This document shows positions 1-9,218 of a stretch of DNA of 64,000 bases, one piece after another (the stretch's first letter is position 1; each line of letters begins with the position of its first letter). The DNA is from Patescibacteria group bacterium. GTDB taxonomy: Bacteria; Patescibacteriota; Microgenomatia; CAYGWK01. Below the pieces are notes generated by a model. That model was not told where the DNA came from. It saw only the letters and a program-made list of their open reading frames with translations, and searched no databases. Both the position numbers and the translations under genes were made by a program. The stretch is taken from contig JBMORX010000010.1 in assembly GCA_049322615.1 (NCBI GenBank), positions 89,416-153,415 on the forward strand, read 5' to 3'.

Positions 1-3000
1 AGTACCTCCTGTACCAAAGGCTAAACTTCCAGAAGATAGGATTTCGTGCCTGCCAACAGCGACAGTCTCAATTTCGAAGTCCAAGGTTTCAGCACCCAGA
101 CTATTCTGTAGCCGCAAGGGATATTTGGAAGGACTTCCAGCCCCAGGGTCATCAACATTCAGCTTAAAACTTCCCGGCCCCGTCGTCCCGATGCCGACGT
201 TGCCTACCGTATTTACCGTCAAGGCCGGTGTCCAGGCATTAACTCCTGATTTGTAGTCTAGAGTTAAAAGTCCAGCATTTCTTGGTCTGACTGCTCCTCC
301 CGAAGCAAGATATAAATTCCCAGAAACCGAGGCATCTCCGGAGACATCAAGTTTAGCTAAAGGAGAAGTTGTCCCAATTCCAATCTGACTGCCGGTTTCG
401 TAGATTATCGAGTCGGTGAGGGTCGTTGAACCTGACCATTTCGGAATGTAATTTTGCGTTCCGGTTCCCGAAAGAGAGGAGGAAGTGCCCATGACAATCC
501 AGGAAGTTCCATTACAGTAGTACATCTTATCATCTGTGCCGTCATAGTATTGTTTGCCTTTATTTGAGGCGTTACAGGTCCCGGCATAGGCGGGAGCATT
601 GGGTCCAAAACCTAAAGTCCCTGAAATGGTGGCGTTACCGGCAATATCTAGTTTTTGGCTTGGAGAGGTCGTCCCGATGCCGACGTTGCCACTTTTGTCT
701 ACGACGCTTAACACGCCCCCATCGCTATTCTGCCATTGGGTAAGGTCTCCTGTCTGACCTGAAGTTCCTTTAATAATTAATGGTATAGATGCGGCACCAA
801 CTGCACTATCGGCGGTAATTATTGCTGCGTTAGGAAGAAAAGCCTTTCTGCTGCTGTAGGTTAAAACAGGATTTCCATCACTCACTGAGAGAAATCCACT
901 AGATGCATAAATTCCACCACCATTAAAGTAGCCAGTGCCCGCAACTTCCAATTTGTAGGTAGGCCCCGTCGTCCCGATGCCGATATTACCCGCCGAAGTG
1001 ACCACGAAGGCGGGCGTTGCCGTGCCTCCGCCAACGGAATTGCCAATCTGGAGAGAACCATTGTCATACAAATTAATCAAATGAGCCGTGCCACTGCCTC
1101 TGAATGTTAGATTTCCCGAGGCGGAGGCACTCCCGGCAATATCCAAGGTGGCCAATGGTGAAGTTGTTCCAATCCCAATCTGGGAACCGGTTTCGTAAAG
1201 AATCGAATCGGTTAAAGTGCTAGAGGTTGACCATTTGGGAATGTAGTTTTGTGTTCCCGAACCCGAGACCCCACTTGCTCCTGAAGCGACTGCCTTCCAA
1301 GAAGAACCATTACAATAGTAGTATTCGTCGGCAGCATTATCATAGTACATCTTTCCTTCAGCCGCAGCATTACAGGTGCCGGCATAAGCCTGAACTTGGG
1401 GACCTAAAGATAAAGTTCCGGAAATAGTGGCGTCTTCTGCCAAAGTCAGGTCATTGAGAATATAGGTATTATGAGCGACAATCCCATTAGCAACAAAATT
1501 ATGGGTTCCCTCAACCTCAATATCATAGACCTGCTCCTCGCCAACATACTCAATCGAGGCAATTTTCGCCCATTTGACTCGGCTGCCAATTCCTCCACCT
1601 CGGAGGAGCCCCTTCGGGTCACCATCCGAGGTGTCTGCTGTGGCAATTTCCATTCCCGGACGAAGATAGATGACCTTTGTCCACTCGGCGTTGACAAAAG
1701 AATTTTCTTCTGATAGATTATTCTTAATGAGAGGGGTTGATCCAATTTGGCTGTCAATAGTATCAGACCTATTTGTTAACTTGTCTGCCGGTTGGTTTGG
1801 AGTGGTACTTATCGTTCCTAATTTTGCTAAAGAGAAGGGAAGAAGAAAATTGTTGGTCTTGACAACCGATGTATTACTTGGTATATTTTCCTTAGGTGTG
1901 GCATTTGTTTTAAGAAAATTATTATGAGCTCCAAAGACAAAATTGATATTCTCGATGTTAACGCCAGAGCCGCTATTGCTTTTGGTTTGGCCGTAATCGC
2001 TTTGCTCTTGCTTTATATTGCTTTCCTTAAGTAAATCTTGCCAATTTCTCACTAAATATGGGTGATTTCCGGTTGTCCTTATTTGTCTTCCGTCTTCAGT
2101 CGTCAGTCTATAGACTGGTTTGACCCCCATATCCAACAATCCCTTGATTTTGGCCGGCTCAATTTTGCCAGTTTTTTCGTTTAAAGAAAGAACAAGTTCT
2201 CCACCTTTAATATCCTTGATCTGGACGAAGGAGATATTAGGTGATTTTTCTTTTTTGTTTTCGCTCTTAGTATCATAGTCTCTTAGTATCTTAGTATCTT
2301 CTGTTGCCACGATTGGTAAAAGACTGTCGCCAGTAACACACTGTCCCTCAACATGGAGTTTTTGGGCAGGACTCGTCGTCCCGATGCCGACGTTGCCGGT
2401 ATTGATCCAGGAATTGTTACCAGATGTACCAGTGAGTTTTACTAAAGCCGAGGAGGTAGCCGTTGCTCCAAGCAAAACATCATCAGTGATATTGGTGGGG
2501 GAGAGTGCTTGGGCATTTCTTTGCCAATAGCCCGAGGTTCCGGAAGAAGGAGAGTAGATGTTATTGGCATACAAAGCATTCCAATACAAAGATGAAGAAC
2601 CAAGGTTTCTTGTTCCTGTTGCTTCGGGAGTAATATCTCCAGCTACCTGGAGAGCTGATCCTGGATTAGTTAAGCCTATTCCCACATTACCAGAGCTGTT
2701 AACAAACAATCCTGTCGTCCCTGTGGCACCCCGTAGCCAGGCAGTTCCAGCAATCTCTAACTTAGCGCCTGGCGAAGTGGTGCCGATGCCGACGTTGCCG
2801 CTGCTTAATACTAAACTGTCAGACGTGGCGCTGGAATTGATTCTGAATGGATAAGCTCCAGACTGTTGGTTTTTGAAAGCCAGTCCATAGACAGGATTAT
2901 CTGTAGAAATAATCCTGAAATCTACATTAGGGTCTCTCATCAATTCTAAATAGTTATCAGTGCCGTTGCCATTGACTCTTAGGTTGCCTGTTATATCTAG

Positions 3001-6000
3001 TTTTTCACTTGGTGCCGTCGTCCCAATTCCCACATTCCCTAAATTATTAACCGTCAGAGCCGGTGTCCAGGCATTGACTCCGGATTTGTAGTCAAGAGTT
3101 AAAAGTCCAGCATTTCTTGGTCTGACTGCTCCTCCCGAAGCAAGATACAGATTTCCAGAAACTGAAGCATCTCCAGAAACATCAAGTTTAGCTAAAGGCG
3201 AGGTGGTCCCAATTCCAATCTGTCCGCCTGTTTCATAAATTATGGAATCGGTTAAAGATGAAGAAGTACTCCATTTGGGAAGGTAGTTTTGTGTTCCCGA
3301 ACCAGAAACCCCACTTGCTCCTGAAGCCACTGCCTTCCAAGAAGAACCATCACAATAGTAGTATTCATCTTGGGCATTGTCATAGTACATTTTCCCTTCA
3401 GAGGAAGCATCACAGGTTCCCGCATAGGCCTGAACTTGGGGTCCTAGAGCTAAAGTCCCAGAAATAGTGGCGTCTTCTGCCAAAGTCAGGTCATTGGCAA
3501 TATAGGTATTGTGAGCCACAATCCCGTTGGCAACAAAGTTGGCGGTATTGGCAATCTGAAGATCATAGACATGTTTTTTACCAGCAGGCTTGATAGAGAC
3601 AATTTTCTCCCACTTGACCCCGCTATATTCCTTAGCATTCGCCTTTTTAATACTATTCGTATACGGCTCATGCTGCGGATTTACGGGGTCTGCGCCCTGT
3701 ACCGAGAAGGGAACTTGGTGGTGGGGCTTGACATCACCTAATTTACTTGTGGTAGAATGATTATCGATGGGAGAGTTAAAAGGAGAACCCAAAGTATATT
3801 CGGAATTTTTCACTAACGGAGCAGTCGCTTGGCTTTCAGCTGGGGTAATTGCGCCCTTATTTGCCAGAACATTAGGAATGAAGGAGGTAATTGCTTCTTT
3901 GATTTCTATTTCTTCTTGTATATTGTTTTTAAAATTAGCCTCTGATTTTAGCAAGGAGGGTCGATGATTGCTGATAATATTTTGATTGCCTACAGTATTG
4001 GAGTGATTATGAGTAGTATTATAATTATTTATGCCTACTTTCGCTTGAAAAAGTGAGGAATTATGAGTATTGAGACTATTGTTTATATCTTGGCGATTAT
4101 TTTCGGGGTGATTGCTTTCTATATTGCCTTCTTCAAGGTGCGTTAAGTTGGCAACCGCTATTTCTTCCCTTTCTTTTAAGAAAATAACTTTCTTCCACCC
4201 ATCAGGCGTTAGGTACGGGTGATTTCCGGTGGTTTCGATCCTTTTGCCTGATTCGGTTTTTAACTCATAAACTTCCTGAATGCCTTTGTCCAGAGTTTTT
4301 TCCACTTTCTGCCAGGCAAATTCTCCAGTATTTTCGTTTAAGGACAAAACTCTGTCTCCAGGTTTAACATCCTTTATTTGTTTATTTGACATTTGACATT
4401 TGACATTTGACATTTGACATTGTGCTACAGGCACTAAGCTATCCTCGGCCACACATTCTCCTGCTACATGGAGTTTTTTGGAAGGCCCCGTCGTCCCGAT
4501 GCCGACGTTGCCGGTATTGATCCAGGAATTGTTACCAGATGTACCAGTGAGTTTTACTAAAGCCGAGGAGGTAGCCGTTGCTCCAAGCAAAACATCATCA
4601 GTGATATTGGTGGGGGAGAGTGCTTGGGCATTTCTTTGCCAATAGCCCGAGGTTCCGGAAGAAGGAGAGTAGATGTTATTGGCATACAAAGCATTCCAAT
4701 ACAAAGATGAAGAACCCAGGTTTCTTGTCCCCGTTGCCTCGGGAGTAATATCTCCAGCTACCTGTAATTTTGAACCAGGACTTGTCGTCCCGATGCCGAC
4801 GTTGCCGCTAATATACGTGTCCCCGTTACCTAAGATTGAAAGTCCTTTCCCAGTTGTATAATCTGAAAGTGTTACTGCATTATGAGTTGCATCACCTTCA
4901 CCCTTAATAATCCATTCTCCATAAGCAGCAGGCCCGATGAAATAATTATCCGAATCAGAGTGGCGAAAATAATCTACATATAGACTGCTCCAGTGACTTG
5001 TAGACAGACCCAAATGTCGGTTGGCGCCAGAAGGAAGGATATGACCTGCTGCTTGGATACTACCCAAAACATCCAGCTTTTGACCCGGATTCGTCGTCCC
5101 GATGCCGACATAACCTTGTTCGGTCATTACCATTCCCGTTGTCCAGGCATCGGCTCCAGATTTATAGGCAAGTTGGAGTGGTCCGTAGGCAGGTCTAATG
5201 GTTTGTCCTTGACCAATGGTTAGGGTTCCAGACATTGAAGCATTGCCGGTAGTTCCTTCAAAATAGAGTTTGGCAGAAGAAGTGGCGGTTCCCCCAATGG
5301 CGACTGATTCGTAAGTGTTGTTGGGATAAATAACTCCACTGGTCTTTGTCCAATATCCTGAAGTTCCACTCGAGCCGCCATAGATATTATTGACATAAAG
5401 ATTATTCCAGTAAAGTGAAGTAGAACCTAAATCGTAAGTGTTTCCAGAGGAGGGAATGAGATTTGAGGCGACGTTGGCGTTTAAAGTTAAGTTTCCGGCT
5501 AAGGTTAAGGCGTTAAGGTTACCAGTGCCAGAGGAATTGATATAATAGGTGGTTCCGCCGCCAACGCTGATTCCCGCTGATGAGACAATATAAGACGCTG
5601 ATTGTTCGCCGATATCCAAAGAAACACCGCCAGCGCCGGTAATATCGCCGCCGGAAACGGTAATATCACCAGTAAAATAAGAACCAGTGGTATTGGCCCG
5701 AAGAATACCGGCGGCTGAGGCATTGCCGCTATAGTCAACTGTAAACTTAGGAGAAGGCGTCGAGCCGGATTCAAGTTTTAAAAGATTTAAATTGGTATTA
5801 TTGTTGGCTACCGAGCCATATAAAAGAGTATTTGCTTCTCGACCGCCTGATGAGCCGAGATTAGCATCGGTGGCGCTTATCACATTTCCCGTCCCGCCTG
5901 ACAAAGTTAGGTTTAGCACTCCGGAGCCATCGGGTGCTATGGCAATATTGCCGTTGGTGCCGGTATCGGTCACAATCGAGAGCGCCTGACCTCTAATTTG

Positions 6001-6843
6001 AAAAGTGCCTGAAGTTGACCAAATCTTGGGCGAGGCAGAAGCGATAATTAAATTACCTGCCGGATTAATGGCCGGGACAGTTCGGACCGTCGCCCCCATG
6101 GTCGCCGTCGGCTCGGCATTGGTAGCTGAAGCCAGAGGAAATCCTTGCAACGTTTCCGCGTTTAAGGCATAACCGACAGTGGCGATTTGAATTCTTGGAG
6201 TGGCTTCGGAGTCTGAACCAACGGTTATCCCAAGCCAGACCGAGGCGTTTTCCGAAAAAACCGAAGAGGCAATCGCCCCTCCGCAATCAGAGCCCAAAAT
6301 GGTGTTAAAAATTCCATCCTCATCGGGGTCAATTGAGCAGGTGCCCGAATCCCAAAGAGTATTCCCGCCAGAGGAGGCATCATAAAGTCTAAATCTCATG
6401 TTGGTGGCGGTCGTAATCGGAGTATTTGCCGAGTCAGTCAGCCTGCCCTGAAAAGAAAGATAGCGGTTGGGGACAACCGGGGCGGCCGGATAGGCAAGTT
6501 TTTCCGGAGCCTTTTGGATAAACTGCTGGTAAATGCCAAAGCCTAAAGCCGCCAGAAAGATGATTAAGATTAGAAAGTTTAAATAAGTGAAGTAGGGAAG
6601 AGCACGGTAGGCGCGAAGCGGAAGCTTCGCTTTAGAAATTAGTAATTTGTAATTAGTAATTAGAGAAGCCTTTTGGATAAAAGGATTCTCTTTAAGGTAT
6701 CCTTCTCTCACTGCCCAGGAAAAGAACTTTCGCAGCGAGGATTCTTTTCTTTTAAGGCTTTTGGCAGAGGCCCCCCGCATTGCCAGGTATTGGCGGAAAG
6801 TTTTTAGGGTATTTTTATCTATTTTTTGCCAAAAATTAGTCAT
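1..6843 (-). CDS. Giant surface protein (>2,280 aa), partial: the C-terminus lies beyond the window start. Reading from its N-terminus, the domains are a phage-integrase N-terminal SAM-like (core-binding) domain, a transmembrane helix, and a long extracellular region of tail-fibre-like GNVGIGTTSP repeats. It carries two Hint/intein insertions.
   Basis: Start ATG at 6843..6841 overlaps the TGA of the upstream gene (ATGA). I translated the minus strand from 6843 to about 6430 (MTNFWQKIDKNTLKTFRQYLAMRGASAKSLKRKESSLRKFFSWAVREGYLKENPF..., then the TM helix YFTYLNFLILIIFLAALGFGIY), and 4500..660 and 420..1 continuously without stops. The recurring GGCAACGTCGGCATCGGGACGAC (GNVGIGTT) codons at 204, 690, 2397, 4512 and 5115 are all in the same frame relative to 6843. 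The ORF track misses it, probably because no stop lies inside the window. Confidence 0.78.
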   Translation of the reverse strand, partial: MTNFWQKIDKNTLKTFRQYLAMRGASAKSLKRKESSLRKFFSWAVREGYLKENPFIQKASLITNYKLLISKAKLPLRAYRALPYFTYLNFLILIIFLAALGFGIYQQFIQKAPEKLAYPAAPVVPNRYLSFQGRLTDSANTPITTATNMRFRLYDASSGGNTLWDSGTCSIDPDEDGIFNTILGSDCGGAIASSVFSENASVWLGITVGSDSEATPRIQIATVGYALNAETLQGFPLASATNAEPTATMGATVRTVPAINPAGNLIIASASPKIWSTSGTFQIRGQALSIVTDTGTNGNIAIAPDGSGVLNLTLSGGTGNVISATDANLGSSGGREANTLLYGSVANNNTNLNLLKLESGSTPSPKFTVDYSGNASAAGILRANTTGSYFTGDITVSGGDITGAGGVSLDIGEQSASYIVSSAGISVGGGTTYYINSSGTGNLNALTLAGNLTLNANVASNLIPSSGNTYDLGSTSLYWNNLYVNNIYGGSSGTSGYWTKTSGVIYPNNTYESVAIGGTATSSAKLYFEGTTGNASMSGTLTIGQGQTIRPAYGPLQLAYKSGADAWTTGMVMTEQGYVGIGTTNPGQKLDVLGSIQAAGHILPSGANRHLGLSTSHWSSLYVDYFRHSDSDNYFIGPAAYGEWIIKGEGDATHNAVTLSDYTTGKGLSILGNGDTYISGNVGIGTTSPGSKLQVAGDITPEATGTRNLGSSSLYWNALYANNIYSPSSGTSGYWQRNAQALSPTNITDDVLLGATATSSALVKLTGTSGNNSWINTGNVGIGTTGPSKKLHVAGECVAEDSLVPVAQCQMSNVKCQMSNKQIKDVKPGDRVLSLNENTGEFAWQKVEKTLDKGIQEVYELKTESGKRIETTGNHPYLTPDGWKKVIFLKEREEIAVANLTHLEEGNIESNHPENNRQDINNSLNTHNSSLFQAKVGINNYNTTHNHSNTVGNQNIISNHRPSLLKSEANFKNNIQEEIEIKEAITSFIPNVLANKGAITPAESQATAPLVKNSEYTLGSPFNSPIDNHSTTSKLGDVKPHHQVPFSVQGADPVNPQHEPYTNSIKKANAKEYSGVKWEKIVSIKPAGKKHVYDLQIANTANFVANGIVAHNTYIANDLTLAEDATISGTLALGPQVQAYAGTCDASSEGKMYYDNAQDEYYYCDGSSWKAVASGASGVSGSGTQNYLPKWSTSSSLTDSIIYETGGQIGIGTTSPLAKLDVSGDASVSGNLYLASGGAVRPRNAGLLTLDYKSGVNAWTPALTVNNLGNVGIGTTAPSEKLDITGNLRVNGNGTDNYLELMRDPNVDFRIISTDNPVYGLAFKNQQSGAYPFRINSSATSDSLVLSSGNVGIGTTSPGAKLEIAGTAWLRGATGTTGLFVNSSGNVGIGLTNPGSALQVAGDITPEATGTRNLGSSSLYWNALYANNIYSPSSGTSGYWQRNAQALSPTNITDDVLLGATATSSALVKLTGTSGNNSWINTGNVGIGTTSPAQKLHVEGQCVTGDSLLPIVATEDTKILRDYDTKSENKKEKSPNISFVQIKDIKGGELVLSLNEKTGKIEPAKIKGLLDMGVKPVYRLTTEDGRQIRTTGNHPYLVRNWQDLLKESNIKQEQSDYGQTKSNSGSGVNIENINFVFGAHNNFLKTNATPKENIPSNTSVVKTNNFLLPFSLAKLGTISTTPNQPADKLTNRSDTIDSQIGSTPLIKNNLSEENSFVNAEWTKVIYLRPGMEIATADTSDGDPKGLLRGGGIGSRVKWAKIASIEYVGEEQVYDIEVEGTHNFVANGIVAHNTYILNDLTLAEDATISGTLSLGPQVQAYAGTCNAAAEGKMYYDNAADEYYYCNGSSWKAVASGASGVSGSGTQNYIPKWSTSSTLTDSILYETGSQIGIGTTSPLATLDIAGSASASGNLTFRGSGTAHLINLYDNGSLQIGNSVGGGTATPAFVVTSAGNIGIGTTGPTYKLEVAGTGYFNGGGIYASSGFLSVSDGNPVLTYSSRKAFLPNAAIITADSAVGAASIPLIIKGTSGQTGDLTQWQNSDGGVLSVVDKSGNVGIGTTSPSQKLDIAGNATISGTLGFGPNAPAYAGTCNASNKGKQYYDGTDDKMYYCNGTSWIVMGTSSSLSGTGTQNYIPKWSGSTTLTDSIIYETGSQIGIGTTSPLAKLDVSGDASVSGNLYLASGGAVRPRNAGLLTLDYKSGVNAWTPALTVNTVGNVGIGTTGPGSFKLNVDDPGAGSPSKYPLRLQNSLGAETLDFEIETVAVGRHEILSSGSLAFGTGGT
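1468..2340 (-). other. Intein / Hint-domain insertion 1 (291 aa) within the giant protein. It runs from Cys1 (codon 2340..2338) to the terminal Asn of VAHN (codon 1470..1468), with Thr at +1.
   Basis: Translation reads ...NTGNVGIGTTSPAQKLHVEGQ|CVTGDSLLPIVATEDTKILRD...TTGNHPYLV...VYDIEVEGTHNFVANGIVAHN|TYILNDLTLAEDATISGTL. Textbook intein blocks are present: A (C-x-x-x-D-S-L), B (TTGNHPY) and F/G (NFVANGIVAHN), followed by T. The central linker has no LAGLIDADG or HNH motif. Confidence 0.75.
3508..4455 (-). other. Intein / Hint-domain insertion 2 (316 aa), at the homologous site of the duplicated module. It runs from Cys1 (codon 4455..4453) to Asn (codon 3510..3508), with Thr at +1.
   Basis: Translation reads ...GIGTTGPSKKLHVAGE|CVAEDSLVPVAQCQMSNVKCQMSNVKCQMSNKQ...TTGNHPYLT...HVYDLQIANTANFVANGIVAHN|TYIANDLTLAEDATISGTL. 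The central region is N/S/H-rich and low-complexity, with no endonuclease motifs. Confidence 0.75.
4387..4421. repeat. Perfect 5x TGACATT heptanucleotide tandem repeat inside intein 2 of the giant gene. It encodes the QMSNVKC repeats.
   Basis: Sequence at 4387-4421 is tgacatt x5. Seven is not a multiple of three, so a +/-1 unit change shifts the reading frame. Confidence 0.9.
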
Positions 6844-7490
6844 TTCTTCCTTTCTCGAAATTCGAGCCTTTTTTTAAAAAGATTTTCCGAATAGCCGCCT
6901 TCTTCGATAAATTTTCGTTCAAGAGAGCGGATCATTTGGTCTAAAAGATAATTTTCTTTAGAAATAAGAGTAATCATAAGGTTGGCGAAACTCTCGGGAG
7001 AGCCAGTCCAATAAGACCAATTAGTCAAATTAGACTCATTGGCAGAGACGCGGAGAGAGCGGATCTTTAAAACCCGGGGGTCGTTTTTCTCCCAAAGCGT
7101 AAGCCTCCTAAATCTTAAGAAATCCCGATAGTCTTCTAAAAGTTCTCCATAACTTGCCCGAGCCACCCCAGTAAGTTTTATGTTCATCTTTAGGCTTTTT
7201 TCTAGCGAGGCTTCGACGATATTTTGTTTTCCCGAGCGGTCGGCTTGGGCCATTTGCTCAACCGTCCGGCGGTATTTTGGTTCTGAAAGATATTTTTGGC
7301 AGAACTGGTGGTTAAGACTGGAGATAACCACTGCCTGTTGATAAACAATCAGGCTTTCATAACCCCCAGGCTTTGAGTTAGACTTATTTGACTTATTGGT
7401 CCAATTGGTCATATAATTAAAGTGCGGGCCACCAAAAAGCGGCAAATTTTTGGTCCCCCCAAATTTTTGTGCAGCCCTTGGGGCCCGCAC
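6840..7490 (-). CDS. Four-helix-bundle family protein with a C-terminal suffix (216 aa). It is one of three paralogs of this type.
   Basis: The ORF contains TVEQMAQADRSGKQNIVEA...YGELLEDYRDFLRFRRLTLWEKNDPRV... and ends EGGYSENLFKKRLEFRERKK. This matches the ORFs at 23619..24104 and 30651..31241 (both ending ENLFKKRL). Recognition as the CPR-expanded four-helix-bundle (S23 IVS-like) family is from memory. Confidence 0.55.
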   Translation of the reverse strand: MRAPRAAQKFGGTKNLPLFGGPHFNYMTNWTNKSNKSNSKPGGYESLIVYQQAVVISSLNHQFCQKYLSEPKYRRTVEQMAQADRSGKQNIVEASLEKSLKMNIKLTGVARASYGELLEDYRDFLRFRRLTLWEKNDPRVLKIRSLRVSANESNLTNWSYWTGSPESFANLMITLISKENYLLDQMIRSLERKFIEEGGYSENLFKKRLEFRERKK

Positions 7491-7494
7491 CCTT

Positions 7495-7986
7495 TTAAGT
7501 TGCTATCTCGGCCCAAGTTAAGAACGCTCTTATATCAGAAAGATAGTTTTTGATAGTGTTAGAACTAGTCTTTTCAGCCTCCAGATGCTTTCTAAACTCT
7601 TCAAGAATTTTTTCTTCTCCCGTTATTTTATTGCTAGATTGCTTAATTGCTACATTGCTTAATTGCTTGGTGGGATTTTCCGAGATCCATGCTTGGGAAA
7701 GACAAAATTTGCCAAAGGTTCGCAGAGTCGAAAGCCGACGATTGACGGTTGAGAGGGGAAGGGAATTGGCTAAAAGAAAACTTTTGTAACCCAAGATGAA
7801 TTCCTCCTTAAGGTAAAGCCTCATCAACTGGGGTTCATCGTCGTTGACCGGAAGATTCCGACTTCTCAAAGTTAATTCTAACCAGCCAAGAAAGTGGTTT
7901 AAATCAGAAAGATAATTTCTGACGGTTATCGAAGAGAAACCTTGAAGTTTAAGATAAGTTTTAAAAGAATTGGGCAGGCTCGACAT
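7495..7986 (-). CDS. Protein made of two tandem phage-integrase N-terminal SAM-like (core-binding) domains with no catalytic domain (163 aa).
   Basis: Two repeats of the XerC/D N-terminal pattern: NSFKTYLKLQGFSSITVRNYLSDLNHFLGWLEL and EEFRKHLEAEKTSSNTIKNYLSDIRAFLTWAEIAT. No R..HxxR..Y catalytic region follows. Confidence 0.5.
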   Translation of the reverse strand: MSSLPNSFKTYLKLQGFSSITVRNYLSDLNHFLGWLELTLRSRNLPVNDDEPQLMRLYLKEEFILGYKSFLLANSLPLSTVNRRLSTLRTFGKFCLSQAWISENPTKQLSNVAIKQSSNKITGEEKILEEFRKHLEAEKTSSNTIKNYLSDIRAFLTWAEIAT

Positions 7987-8689
7987 AAATTTAAAATTTA
8001 AAATGTAAAAAGTAAAATTGCACTTAAGGCAAAAATCAAAATAGCAGTTAACATTTCGGCAATTTGATAGCCAATTCCATTCGTGTCAATTCGTGTTGGC
8101 GACGCAACATTGTACGCCATCCAAGGTCTTAGGCGGTCTGCGCGTCGCTCATTCGTGTTAATTCGTGTTAATTTCCGCAAAAACCTCCAAAGACCCTTAC
8201 TAGGCTTAAGATTATACAGATTATACATACATTTACTACTATAAAAGAATTCTTGACTGGTTGTCAAGAGGCATTTTGATGTATTTAGAATAGGTCAATT
8301 TTTGCCCAAAATTAACATTTTCATAAAGTTTTCACTGGATAAAAATGGTACATCTGTCCCTAACTTAATATATCATAATATAACTTTGGGGAGGGAGAAG
8401 TTGATGATATTATTTGATTGATTTAATCTAAAATTCTAAATTCGAAATCCTAAATTCTAAACCCTCCTTCGCTTACGCTTCGGAAGGGCAAGCAAATTAT
8501 TTCCTTAAAAAAAATTGCCGTGCCACTCCGAAGCCCAAAGGGCGTAGGGTGGTTTAGAATTTAGATATTAGTGCTTAAAATTTTTCTACTATTTTTATCA
8601 CTTCGCTGCGCTCAGTGCTAGAGAAAAAACAGTAAAGATTTGCTCGGATTTATAGGCTCATTTAGCAAATCCGAATGCATCCCGCCTTC

Positions 8690-8750
8690 GCAAAAGCTTC
8701 GGCGGGCAAGCCGAATTTAAATAATCCGAATTAATCCGAATAGATTGACA
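8690..8750. repeat. CCGAAT-rich repeat element, copy 1. It contains ATCCGAATGCATCC ... CCGAATTTAAATAATCCGAATTAATCCGAATA and overlaps a putative promoter.
   Basis: A near-identical copy lies in inverted orientation at 60795-60870. A ttgaca at 8737-8742, a tatcat and a GAGGA RBS sit upstream of the ATG at 8788. Confidence 0.5.
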
Positions 8751-8787
8751 AGCGAATACCCTAAAGCATATCATAAAATAGAGGAAA

Positions 8788-9207
8788 ATGATCAAGAGGA
8801 TTTTAACCATTATTATTTTAGTTCTTCTAATCTTTGGGCTGATAATTGTCGTTTATCTGGTCCGTCAGCAAACAAAACTGCCTGGTCGAGCGACTACCCC
8901 CGGAGTTTTATCTTTAGAAAACTCTTATCTTTTTGCCTCGCCTCTGGTTGCTCGGGTTGGGGGTGGGGAAAAAATAACCATTTCCGCTTTTGTTTTGTCC
9001 GATCAGGGTTTGGGAATTCCTGGCGAGAAAGTGGTTTTATATTCTGCTCCCGCCCTTCAGGCTCTGACGATTCGGGATGAGACCGACTCTCGTGGTTTGG
9101 CGGTTTTTGAAATCACCTCGCAAACTTCCGGCTCATTTACTCTTTGGGCTACTGTGGCTGGAAAGGGGCAGATAAAACAACAAGTGACGGTTACATTTAC
9201 ACCGTAA
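8788..9207 (+). CDS. Small membrane-anchored protein with a beta-rich (Ig-like?) ectodomain, hypothetical.
   Basis: 139-aa ORF with an N-terminal TM helix (ILTIIILVLLIFGLIIVVYLV) and a GAGGA RBS. The overlapping ORF at 8745..9080 is in another frame and lacks an RBS. Confidence 0.45.
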   Translation: MIKRILTIIILVLLIFGLIIVVYLVRQQTKLPGRATTPGVLSLENSYLFASPLVARVGGGEKITISAFVLSDQGLGIPGEKVVLYSAPALQALTIRDETDSRGLAVFEITSQTSGSFTLWATVAGKGQIKQQVTVTFTP

Positions 9208-9218
9208 ACTAATCTTAA

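Noticed and set aside
405-6385. All the small ORFs of the six-frame track between 1 and 6400 on either strand (e.g. 405..608, 1446..1757, 2558..2854, 4673..4861, 5505..5774, 6065..6286).
   Set aside because: They lie in frames other than the continuous minus-strand reading frame of the giant gene. I translated that gene and found it carries coherent tail-fibre and intein motifs. The small ORFs show repetitive low-complexity translations with no RBS logic.
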